Part shown: positions 1 to 12,299 of the stretch, piece by piece | How positions within the stretch are numbered: position 1 is the stretch's first letter | Layout of the letters: every line of letters starts with the position of its first letter | DNA from: Folioceros fuciformis | Lineage: Eukaryota | Direction: 5' to 3' | DNA length: 20,000 nt | Assembly (NCBI GenBank): GCA_049999805.1 | Contig: JBNGIO010006010.1 | Coordinates: forward strand, 58,277 to 78,276 | Notes under the pieces: generated by a model | Told to the model about the DNA's origin: nothing | What the model saw: only the letters and a program-made list of their open reading frames with translations | Database searches by the model: none | Program-made: the position numbers and the translations under genes

Positions 1-244
1 GGAGACAAAAGCTTGTACTATGGCAAGGGAATCTTTGTTTGAAATCAGTGGAGTAATAGCTCGCCATGCCATGCCCTCAGTTCATAGTGCTGGTACTTAT
101 GACCACGAGGATAAAAACAAGCTTGAGCTTTCTAACTATGCAGAAGGCGTTCGAAGAACTTCTACCATCGCACATGCCCTGTATAGTGCAAATATGCATG
201 AGAGAATCATGAACACTTTTCCGAATGACCGAAAGCATGAGTAA
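1..244 (+). mobile_element. Probable C-terminal end of a PIF/Harbinger-type DDE transposase (partial, runs off the window start)
   Basis: ORF ends ...DHEDKNKLELSNYAEGVRRTSTIAHALYSANM...TAA (242-244). The acidic stretch plus G..R..IA..L resembles Harbinger transposase C-termini. It converges tail-to-tail on a Myb/SANT-like ORF, as in two-ORF Harbingers. The DDE core is not in the window, so this is inference. Confidence 0.35.
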
Positions 245-418
245 GAATGAATAGAGCGTAAGGGACAGTGAGTGAGAGTGAATAAAGTGTAAGTTAGAGT
301 GAGTGAGAGTAAATAGAGTATAAGTAAGAGTGAATAGATTTAAGTGAGAGTGATTAAGAGTGCAAGTGAGAGTGATGGAGAGTGAGTAGCATGTAAGTGA
401 GAGTGAGTACAGTATAAG
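238..418. repeat. Degenerate purine-rich minisatellite (GTGAGAGTGA[A/G]T-type units)
   Basis: Repeated variants of gtgagagtgaatagagtgtaa visible directly. Confidence 0.85.
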
Positions 419-443
419 GCTAGGAAGGTGCTATCATTTCATA

Positions 444-1345
444 TTACTTGTTTCCTAGAGCACTTGCCAAGATAGTAATGGCTTGAGTCAAGCTAGGTAA
501 TAAAGCAATTTTCTGGCTTTCAATATTTTCTACGTTGCTCGTAAGGCTCTCCAAAAGTTGTATAGCGGACATATGATTATCTATGTCTTCATCATTGTGA
601 GACCTTGACCATTTCTTAGCTTTCGTGGTTTGCCTATCTTAAGAACTAGGTGTACTTGAATGCCCATCAACACCGCTTGGCTTTTGTGCTTGTGAACAAC
701 ATGAGGGATTATGTGATGAGCCTCCATGGTCTTCCTCATGTGAACCACTTGTTCGTGAGCCCGAATGCGAATTCAAATGACTTCTTGGAGAACAAACCAC
801 ATGAGCTCTTTCTCTCATGTACCTGTCTACAAGATCAAAACAAAGACACTTATCAGACCTGGCATTCCCCGAAATACCATCCAGGGCCTTACTATGCTTG
901 TAATCGTTGTAGATTATTTTTCATTTTTGTTGGCATGTTTCTCCATTCTTGTCAAATTCGGGATAGATACAAGATAACTTGATTACCAGCTTATTTCATA
1001 CATCCATGCATGTACAGTGCGAGGAGACCGGGTGAGAAGGAAGTATGATCAGAAATGAGAAGTAGAGTCACTGTAGGTAATGAGGAATCGTACCTTGTTT
1101 GGGAGTTTTGTTAAACTCTCCTTATAATCCTCTTCGAACATGAATAAGGTTGACAATATGATGGTCCTTCCTCAATTTCCCTTGAGCGCCCAATTGTTGT
1201 TTGCGTAGTAGTAGCATTATCCAACTCCTTTGGCACAAGCTTTCACATGGCTTCTTGGTAGCAAGTGGTGGTGGTGTAGCGGATGGTAAGCTTTCAGTAG
1301 TGGAAGTAGAAGGAGCTCGATGCAACTTGACCTTCTCTTGTTGAA
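444..1345 (-). pseudogene. Myb/SANT-like (trihelix-type) DNA-binding ORF pseudogene, typical of the second ORF of PIF/Harbinger transposons; exons ~1345-1094 and 1009-444
   Basis: Manual minus-strand translation: RKDHHIVNLIHVRRGL*GEFNKTPKQ|GMDV*NKLVIKLSCIYPEFDKNGETCQQK*KIIYNDYKHSKALDGISGNARSDKCLCFDLVDRYM...LTQAITILASALGNK*. The three expected Trp positions read AGG, TGA and TGA. The 84-nt intron (1010-1093) has a GT donor and an acceptor apparently mutated CAG>CAT. Confidence 0.7.
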
Positions 1346-1349
1346 GACC

Positions 1350-2616
1350 TTAGCTCTCCGCTCTCTGACTATCCTTTAGATGATGTGGAGGAGCTTGATG
1401 CTGAACCTGCAGCACCAATCTAAGACATTCAACAAGCTAATAAGCTTGATCTTGATAATCCAGTTATTCTAGCTGTAGAAGACGCTGATATACCTGATCC
1501 TGAAGATATTAACTTAGAGCCTGGTCATTTTCCAACTGTTGTAGAGGCTTGAGACCATGACTTTTTACCTACAGATACTAAGCCAACTCCTCTTGGGCTT
1601 GTTAAGGCTCTTGCTCCTAAGTCGGAGCCCGTCCCAAGGCATTTTTCTTGCCACTATCCTTCCCCTTCTGAGTGGAAAGAACTTCCATACACCTTCATTG
1701 ATTTTCGCACCCATGTGGTTCTAGGCCTTGCCCCCACCTCAGTTCTCCCTAAAGAGCCTACCACTCTTACCCAAGCCCATAGCATTCTAGATAACGTGTA
1801 GTGGAAGACTGCAGTAGAGAAGGAATACTAATCCTTTGTTAAGAATAAGACCTAGATATTTGCAAACCTTCCACCTAGACACATGACCATCTATTGCAAA
1901 TGAACTTTCAAGTTGAAACTCAACGCCAAGGGTAAGGTTACAAGGTTCAGTGCAAAATTGGTCACCAAAGGCTTCAATCAAGTGGAGGACATTAACTACG
2001 AGGAGACTTTCTTACCAGTGGTTTGCAGCCAATCCAATAGCCTAATCCTGACATATGCAATAAAATTTGACTTTGACTTTGAACACATGGACGTGTGTAC
2101 CGCATCCTTGTATAGCGCCTTGGATGAGAAGCTTTATATACTCCAGCCAGAGGCACATGAAGATCCTGCACATCCACACAAGATGTTAAGACTTCTTAAG
2201 TGCATCCATGGGTTGAAGCAAAGTGGAAGAGTTTGGTATATTACCATGCACCTATATCTCCAAAGTATCAAATTTGGTCAGTATCACTAATACAAATATT
2301 TACAAACTTATTCAAAGGCTCCTCCATAGTTCTTCTGATCTTGTATGTAAATGATCTCATCCTCGCTACGAATGACCAGAAATTACAATCAAAAGTTAAA
2401 AAGAAGCTTCACAACAGGTTTGATATGAAGGATATAGGCACACTGAAGTATTGCCTAGGTATCCAATTACTACGTGTATCCAATTCTAGACTCATGTTCA
2501 TACACCAATATAAGTACATAAATAAGATATTAAGGAAGTTCAACCCAAACCAGTCTAGGCTCGCCTCTACACTCTATGCAATAAGAACTAAGCTCATACG
2601 ATAGTAGTGTTTGACA
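1350..2616 (+). mobile_element. Ty1/copia pol relic: IN-RT linker plus reverse transcriptase (RVT_2), degenerate
   Basis: EPTTLTQA...WKTAVEKEY*SFVKNKT*; K*TFKLKLNAKGKVTRFSAKLVTKGFNQVEDINYEETFLPVV; HMDVCTASLYSALDEKLYILQP; LLKCIHGLKQSGRVW; LYVNDL (from YVDD); FDMKDIGTLKYCLGI. Many stops and at least one frameshift. Confidence 0.95.
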
Positions 2617-3497
2617 TGAAGAGATATCATGGGATACCGGGTGAAGGCATAAGGCTCTGCAAACATTACAAACACACCCATGGCGTTTTGTAGCTTGGCA
2701 ATGACAGTGCTACTCATGATCAGTAACAAACCTAACCTGATGACACAAGATACTCTTTAAATTCATAAAGAACATTAACCACCATTGACCCAATCATTCT
2801 AGGGGCTGGCAAGCTCCTCAATCTTTAGAAAACAGGCCATACGGTAGTAGAGGGCGCCCTTCATTGGTCCCAAAATCATTCTGCAACCGTGACAACGAAC
2901 ACATGTTTTTGTCAATCGGGAGCCATCCAAGATTTCTGAATCAAGGTACACTCTTTTCCACCCACGACGTAATTTCCCTTAATCTAGGAGGCACACTCGA
3001 CCGCTTGGGCGAGAAGACGTGATGCTTAGGAAGCTGCCCAACTTGTAGAGGGGCAAAGGGCGCCAAAGAGTTGAGCAGCATGGGAGATGAAGGCCTTAAC
3101 GGTGCAGCTGGAAGAAGCCACTCAATTGATGGGAGTCGTGACAAGCATGCTATCAAAGGATTGAGGGTGGATGCGTCGTAGATGGGCAATTGGATCAAAT
3201 GTTGAGGCTTCGTTCGCCTCCTATACACCTTATTGAATGTTTATGGTTTGTTGTTTGCGCAAACAGGTACCATGTTTCACATGCTAGCTTCATACATATG
3301 ATGCACATCGCTAAGGTATCACTAACTAATTATGCCACGACTTTTTGCCTGTGTGATGTCTGCAAATGTCTAAAACAGATATGTCGAGAGGTTCTGATGA
3401 AATAGCGGCCAGGAACGAAGTTCAAGGCTTGCACAGGCCTGGCCACTACATAAGTCACCAAATGTCCTCATGGATCAAAATATGCAAAGAAGTCGCA

Positions 3498-4224
3498 TAA
3501 GCATAGCCCGTGCATGTGTAGGTAGTGAGAGTGCTTAGGTAGTCCCTTAGTCAGAATATCTGCTGTGTTCGATTCTGTACTGATGTATCCCACCTTGATC
3601 ATACCGCGGGAGACCACATCCCTAATAAAGTGATGCTGGATCTCTACGTATTTAGTCCAATAAAGTGATGCTGGATCTCTACGTATTTAGTCCAAGCGTG
3701 AAAGGTGGGTTTAGCCACTAACTCAAGTGCTAATGTGTTATCATAGAGAATCAAGATGGGTTGAGCATGTTCCTAACGAAGGTGTGTTAGGAACTACGCT
3801 CCCACTCTGCTTCCTTGGCTACCTTAATGAGGGATTTATACTTAGCCTCCCTGGAGCTAAGGGCGATTATGGTTTGCTTTTTGCTACTTCAGGTGATAGG
3901 TGCTGAAGCAAGCAAGAAGCAGAACGTGAATAGGCTTCTCCTTGGATCAGAGTATGATGCCCAATCAGGGTCTACAAATCCAGCTAAGGCGAGTTACTGC
4001 AGGCCACTTTGTTTATACATTAGTTCATAGTGAATTGTGCCTTTAAGATAGCGGAAGATTCGCTCACCTACAGTCTAGTGGGTCATTCTAGAATTTTCCA
4101 GAAATTAGGATATAGTATTGATTGAATATTGGATGTCAGGCCTAGTCCAATTGGCAACAAAGATTAGGCTGCCTACTACACGCTTACAAGGTACACCTTA
4201 CATATCCTTCCACTCGTCAGGTAT
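3498..4224 (-). mobile_element. Ty1/copia RT C-terminus plus RNase H, inverted relative to the upstream RT
   Basis: Minus strand: IPDEWKDM*GVPCKRVVGSLIFVANWTRPDIQYSI...RIFRYLKGT...GFVDPDWA...SSKKQTIIALSSREAKY...YDNTLAL...FHAWTKYVEIQHHFIRDVV...ISTESNTADILTKGL. Confidence 0.95.
3624..3695. repeat. Perfect 35-bp tandem duplication within copia RNase H
   Basis: aataaagtgatgctggatctctacgtatttagtcc occurs at 3624-3658 and 3659-3693, and frameshifts the KYVEIQHHFI motif. Confidence 0.97.
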
Positions 4225-4464
4225 TTCGGATGCGTTATGAGCTCCTCGTCAGTGCTTGCTCTTCCTTCTCCTCTTCACGATTTTGACACTAGGTGAATGA
4301 GAATGAATAGCGCGAGCTTTGTCCCAGCTTCTGCCATCTCTAAGTGCAGCCCTATGACCCCTCTCGATGTTCGAACAAGCTCAATTGTGCCATTAACTCG
4401 AGCATGAAGGGCATCCTCTACAGTATGTGGCCCTATTTCTCATTAGCCGCTTCAAGTCTCGTTT

Positions 4465-4737
4465 AAGAGGGGGTGTTAGGCGCGCTGGCTATGAGTTTAC
4501 ACACAATTTCATACGGTATTCTCGGGTGAACCGGGCTTTTTGTGCGAAAGGCATGAAATGATCTCGGCCAATAAGAATGTCTGGATTTTTCCACCATCGC
4601 CAGCCTTAGTTGGAGAGGCCTCGAGGACGTTTGCTACAACTTTGACCTTGCATTATCTTGAGAGTGTGTTAGAGCAACCTGCATAAAAACTCTCGCTGAA
4701 TCAAGGGAACGAGATTTTCCCTAAGCTCGCATCAACA
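4465..4737 (+). mobile_element. Polypurine tract (4465-4473) and probable 3' LTR (4474-~4737) of the copia element
   Basis: ttAAGAGGGGG|TGTTAG is a typical copia PPT-LTR junction. A candidate end ...ATCAACA at 4737 gives TGTT...AACA termini. The 5' LTR is not in the window, so the right boundary is unverified. Confidence 0.6.
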
Positions 4738-5266
4738 CCGCAACCCAACCAACCAAAGAGATTTTCAGTAAAAAGATCATTCCATTTCCCACTTCCCCGC
4801 ATATGGGCACTTCAAACGGGTCCCGTCTCGGAGGATGAGGTTGATTCCAGTTCGACTGCCGAATACACTGTTTGACTCCTCTATCGTAGTAAGCCACTTC
4901 TATTACACTCTTCTTATTTTGATTTAGTTTTACTAGACCACTTCTATCACCACAAAGTTCACGGACTCGTGGCGGAAAAACTACCGACAGTTTGGGCGGG
5001 GACCTCTCCAACATATATTACTGTATGTTTTGTGCAAGGGAGGCGAGAGCCCGACAACGCCGGCTGCTTGTCCTGATGGCGGCGCCGTTCCTTTCGTTTT
5101 GCCTCGGAGATGTATTCCCGCCGGCGCCTGTCCATCGTCTGCTTGCGAAGCTCTTTGCGAGACGTCTGGGATCTTCCAGGACGATCGGACAACCCGGTGG
5201 AAGAAGTCGGATTCGGAGCCGGGATCGGGGTCGGCGGGAGAGCCAGTCCCATCCAGCGCAGTGGAA

Positions 5267-6477
5267 ATGGGATACCTGGACACAGCAGCGTTGCTGGAGG
5301 CGCCGAGGCTGGCGGTGACGGTGAAGGGGGGGGTTGGGAGTAGAGCAGCTCAAATTCATGCTCGGAGAGCAGACGAAGTACGTCGACCACTTCTTGGCCA
5401 ACCTGGACTACAGGCAGGTGGTGGCCTTCACGCAGCTGTGCCTGGATATCGATGGGACAAATCTTCTTCTCTGGCCTGTGGAAGAGCGGCTTCATCGCGC
5501 AGAAAATCTCGCAGACGCTCCTGTCCACGGGCAGCAGATCAGGGTTCCTGTGTCCCCTGGACGCGCTGCACGGCGACATTGGGATCTTGAGCCCGAAGGA
5601 CTTTTGATGCTGAGCAAGGGCGGGAGCACGGAGTAGCTCTGCAGGCTGGTGCCATGCGCCAGGGTCAAGGGCGCGTACGTTGTTGGAATTTCCTCGCTCA
5701 AGAATTGCCGCCTCTCGCGGCTGTGCGACATGCATGTGGACCTCCCGCTGTTGCGGGAGGTGTGTCTGTTTGATCTTGCGCCGGTCACGTCCACCGCGGT
5801 GCAGATGCTGTTCGGCGACACCGTGGCCATTGCGCTGATGCAGGCCAAGACCCTGACCAAGGAGGAGTACTCGCTCAACCACCCCGCGGGCCGGATAGGA
5901 AAGCGGCTAATTCTCAGGGTGAGGGAGGGAGGGGGCCGCGTCGCTTGCCGGTGTTGATGCATGTTTAGCGTCTTGGCCGATGCTGACCTTGGGCAGGGAC
6001 CGGTTGCAGGTGCTGGATGTGATGGAGAAGTAGAAGGAGGTGTCTCTGTGTAGGGAAGGTGAACTCATCATGGACCAGCTTGTGGAAGTGAGCATGAAAG
6101 GCTGCGGATGCCTGCTTGTTGTTGATGACAATCGCCGGCTTCTCGGAGCCTTCACGGACGGGGATTTGAGGAGGACTCTCTCAAGTCCCACGCGGAGAGG
6201 ATCTTCGAGCTCACTGTCGGGGAGATGTGCAACAGGTGATGTGTCGGTGCCATTGCGCCTGCCCCGTTTGCGATACGTTCCCCTAGCTTTCTTCTGACAT
6301 GACTTGTTATTCCGCCTGCAGATTCCCCAGGTGTATTCCGGCAAACCGCATGGTGCAGATGTCATGCGCTTAATGGAGGCTCCTCCATCTCCCATCACTT
6401 TCCTCCCAGTTGTGGACAACTCCAATGTGGTGATTGGTCTCGTTTCGGTGCACGAGCTGGTGTCTGCCGGTCTGTGA
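5267..6477 (+). pseudogene. SETH3: Arabinose-5-phosphate isomerase (KdsD/KpsF/GutQ family, SIS + CBS pair) non-processed pseudogene; exons 5267-5918, 6010-6235, 6322-6477
   Basis: Motifs [81 protein letters not shown]-terminal ELVSAGL*. GT-AG introns at 5919-6009 and 6236-6321. Lesions: probable +1 in G8 (5326-5333), +1 (~5460), -4 (~5602), TAG 5634-5636, TAG 6031-6033, +2 (6181-6182), -1 (~6354). Confidence 0.93.
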
Positions 6478-6936
6478 GCATTTCTCCGACACACTTCTCT
6501 GTTCCCAACTCTGCAACCGAAGCAGATGGAAAAGCTCAGGCTGGCAGTGCAACAAAATGCAGGCAGCTTGTAATGGGAGTATACTTCAGCTGTGGGACAC
6601 AAGTATTGTTTAAGTTTCACTCTAGTGTCTCGCACACCATAATTCTTGGCCAGCGGTTGGCGGCTACTTAGAACCTGTGCAATCTCGCCTGGTTTTGCGC
6701 AATGTGATCGTGCATCCTACAGCCAAGCTTCCCCGGAAGCCGCATAATATTTCCACTGGGAAGACCACCGGCTTGAGGCGTACCCAGGCCCTTTGAGTCT
6801 ACGATATGTTTGCCCGAAGCCCTTGAGAGCTAGCACGACTGGAAAAAAGTCACCCGTAGGATCGTGAAAGCCCTTACAGATGGTGGTCACTTCAGCCCTC
6901 CCAACAAGCACTGTTGAGCCGTGAAAGCCCGTGAGG

Positions 6937-7967
6937 ATGGTTGTCCGAATTGGTTGCGATCAGGGGCAGCTTTATATCGTCGGAGGAGGTCGCATAGGAA
7001 CGGCTTTTCTGCAGGTTGCAGCTGGCAGGTAATCTTTCGTCTTGCAGACATTTGCTGTAAACGTCCATGTGTCGCTTGCAACATCTGACGCTCTCGCATT
7101 AACTTGGCCGGAATGGCTCATCTGAATGGCGTGTGCGGCAGGGGGAAAATCCTGAAGCGTGGGGAGAACGTCCCCGCTAGCAGCCCGACTTGCCCTATCC
7201 TGGTGGCAACTCACTGCAGTCACCTCGACGCTGTACTGGCACAGACAGATCCCAAAAGGTGGAAGGACCTTGTGTTCACGCAGAACGGAATGCTGCAGCC
7301 TTGGCTTCGCAGGCATGGTCTCCAAGACAACACTCAAATGCTCCTCTACGTGTCTTCTTTTCCAGACGCAAGCGGTGGCATGGAGATCGTGACTGGATGG
7401 AGGGAGTCACTCGTCTGGGGCAGGTGCGTCCGTCTACTCACCACCTTCACCTCCTGCACATGCCATGAATATTCCGTAACCTCTCACTCGCACCTGCTCT
7501 TCCGCTGCAGGTGGGCTTGCACTGTTGTTGAGATGATGCACTCTGGGGGACTGCCAGCTTCAGAAGTTACGCACCGAGTTTTCCTCGAGGGTGCGATAGA
7601 GAAGCTTCTTTGGTGCTCCACCTTCTGGCTCCTCAGTGCTGCTCTTGGAGGTGTGCCAGTGGGAAGGCTGGCAAAGGAGCACAGCCATGACATCCTCCAA
7701 CTCACCGCTGAACTGCTACCATTGGCTCATGCTGGTTTGTTCTCACATGGTGCTGGATTCGATTCCCATGAGGTGTTGCACACGGACGTGAAGGAAATGG
7801 TGGATAGACTGTGTGCTTACTCCCTAGCCATCGCGGATGCAGTTCCTAGCGTAGACGTGGCCAGATCTGAGTTTTCGTGGCGAAATGGGTGGTTCTTACA
7901 ACTCAAGCACACCCCACTGCATCTTATGTGGCTGAAGAAGGCAGGATTCGAGCCTAGTTCAACATAG
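6937..7967 (+). CDS. Uncharacterised Rossmann-fold, ketopantoate-reductase (PanE/ApbA)-like plant protein, At1g16080-type family; join(6937..7028,7142..7423,7511..7967), 276 aa
   Basis: Spliced frame is open: MVVRIGCDQGQLYIVGGGRIGTAFLQVAAGR|GKILKRGENVP...PILVAT...LDAVL...RWKDLVFTQNGMLQPW...WGR|W...EKLLW...RLCAYS...EFSWRNGWF...PLHLMWLKK. Introns 7029-7141 (AG|GTAATC...GGCAG) and 7424-7510 (AG|GTGCGT...TGCAG), both phase 2. 831 nt = 277 codons including the stop. Start codon is less certain (context AGGATGG). Confidence 0.8.
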
Positions 7968-8329
7968 TCACCGCTGTGCCCTTCCCTCGTACGTATTTAC
8001 AAGAGACATATGGCAACAGCAGAACAAATCCTAGACTCACAGTGAGTAGTGCACGCAAGGTTGTTGGGACAAACCTTTTTCACATTGACTATTAAACAGA
8101 TGGGACGACATCGTTCGTCTTCAAATTTTCTGACGAACGGTGGGCAATTACAGATGACTAGTCCACAAAACGTAATCGACGAGGAGGAATCCAGAAGATA
8201 GCATACGAAGGCAACGTTGAAGTTTGATGGGTCGTATCATACTTTCGCCATCGGGCTATATGCCATCAAAATTGGTGACCACGCAAGTTTTGACAGCCGT
8301 GGTGTCTGGTCTGGAACCTGCAAATGCAG

Positions 8330-10715
<2,386 letters not shown>

Positions 10716-10866
10716 TTCTCAAGCAGCTCCGGCGGCAGCCCACTCTTCCCAACAATGGAGCACGTCCCCAGGCGAAGGTGCCAGCAAGCGCAGAGGAAGA
10801 GAGGCAAAGGCAATGAGGCAAAGGTAGAATCAGCAGGCGATGAGTATAACTCACTGGCGTGCCCGC

Positions 10867-10873
10867 ATTTATA
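10867..10873 (-). promoter_or_regulatory. Putative TATA box of GDH
   Basis: CTATAAATG on the minus strand, about 25-30 nt upstream of a YA initiator-like CTCATC and the CT-rich leader. Confidence 0.55.
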
Positions 10874-11072
10874 GATGAACCAGAACAATACCGAGAATTC
10901 CATCCACTCCGAATTCCTTCTGCTGATGCAGCAACACGCCTGCAAGCAACAGGACAGGTAATACAGGGTGGGCTGGAACGGCAGAAATACGCGGGTCTCC
11001 TGATCCCGGGGCTTCTTGGGCACCTGCACCTTCTCGGGTGGCCCTTGGATAATGATGCCACTTGGCTCTTCC

Positions 11073-11078
11073 CACGTG
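11073..11078. promoter_or_regulatory. G-box/ABRE-like motif upstream of GDH
   Basis: CACGTG (ACACGTGGG on -) about 200 nt upstream of the putative TATA. Short motif, function not demonstrable from sequence. Confidence 0.3.
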
Positions 11079-12079
11079 TATCCTTGACATGAAAGTTCTT
11101 CCCGGGTGTCTCGATATTCTATGTTTCCTGCCCTGCCATAGGCCTATCCTTTCTCGAACGCATGACTGTGTTGTGTGCTTCCACCTCGTGTTATGTCCTT
11201 CCTTAGGTTCACCGTTCACCCCCAACAGAGACCTCTAATACACGCAGCCACAGCGGATACTCTCCGACTCCGGCAAATTGGGAGGGGTGGAAGCTAGAAG
11301 CTATGGCATAGCAAAGAGGACGGAGGAGGCGGCCTCGAATTTTTTTCAGGCAACCACGATGGCCGCCATGCTACACCCCACTAACTACCAGCACCAAAAA
11401 AACACTTGTGTCCACAGCGGGGATCCAGCCCCGTGCAGCTGGTTGCAAAATTCTCACTTCTTCCAAAACAATAGGCATACCCAAGCGGACGCTCGCTCTC
11501 CGGCATTTTTTAATGCATTTCTCGAGTATTTTAGTATTTTATGGCATACATCCCGTTATTTTCGGCGATGCTTTCGCCAAAGCGGTCACTATGAAAACAA
11601 ATGGGGTGTGACAAAACTTTCATTAAGGTTTCTCTTTTATCTTTCCAAAGAAAAAGTTTAAGTTTTTATTTATTTAAAAAAAAGATGGAAAATCCATCTA
11701 TCTCTAGAGGGAGATAAATCATGAGAGGGATACTAAGGGCTAACCCCATAAAGCCTAAAACATCATGTCGAAGAAGAAAGGATCTAGCTACTACTTGGAG
11801 TTGTTGACGCCAAAGTGCATGCCTCCTTTAGTTTGCTGAAACTGAAGAATATGCTCTCTCCATTTGCCCCCTCCTCCTACTCTCTTTTTTTTTAATATAA
11901 AGTTTTCATACTTTGAATCATAAATCACTATTTGGGGCTTAGGGCCTGTTTTTATCGAGGTGGGGAGCAGGGAGATCGGGGTTTGGAACACCATTAAGAC
12001 GAGAGGAATATGGCATACCAAAGAGGTCACAAGGGGGAGACAAATTCTTTTTCTCAACCCATCAAACATGGCTGTAGTG

Positions 12080-12260
12080 TTGCATTGCACAAACTCTTGG
12101 CTTCAAAAAATGAGCCATTGTGGTGCACTGCACAAACTCTTAGCTTCAAAAAATGAGCCATTATGGTGCATGGCATAAACACTTGGCTTTAAAAAATGAT
12201 CCATTGTGGTGCACTATATGAATAATGAGCTTCAAAAAATGAGCCATCATAGCGCATTGT
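12080..12260. repeat. 43-bp minisatellite, about 4 copies
   Basis: CTT[C/T]AAAAAATGA[G/T]CCAT recurs at 12101, 12144, 12187 and 12230, an exact 43-nt period. Confidence 0.95.
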
Positions 12261-12299
12261 ATAGCATCACAAAGAGGATAGATCATCGCTCTCTAGATT

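Noticed and set aside
5634..6033. In-frame TAG codons as recoding, RNA editing or readthrough sites
   Set aside because: The same gene has several independent frameshifts and an active-site loop substitution. It is a nuclear spliceosomal gene, so ordinary decay is sufficient.
4959..6635. Long minus-strand ORFs (307, 156 and 242 aa)
   Set aside because: Antisense shadows of the GC-rich A5P isomerase pseudogene; no recognisable motifs.
5267..7967. Bacterial horizontal transfer or operon (kdsD plus panE-like)
   Set aside because: Both loci have spliceosomal introns and plant-type sequences (e.g. the LVSAGL C-terminus), and both families are known in plants.
7104..7967. Single-exon 287-aa ORF as the true protein
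   Set aside because: It starts at TTG inside intron 1, lacks the GxGxxG exon (6937-7028) and reads through the 87-nt intron.
12080..12260. CRISPR-like array
   Set aside because: Units are contiguous degenerate tandem copies with no unique spacers, in a eukaryotic context with no cas genes.
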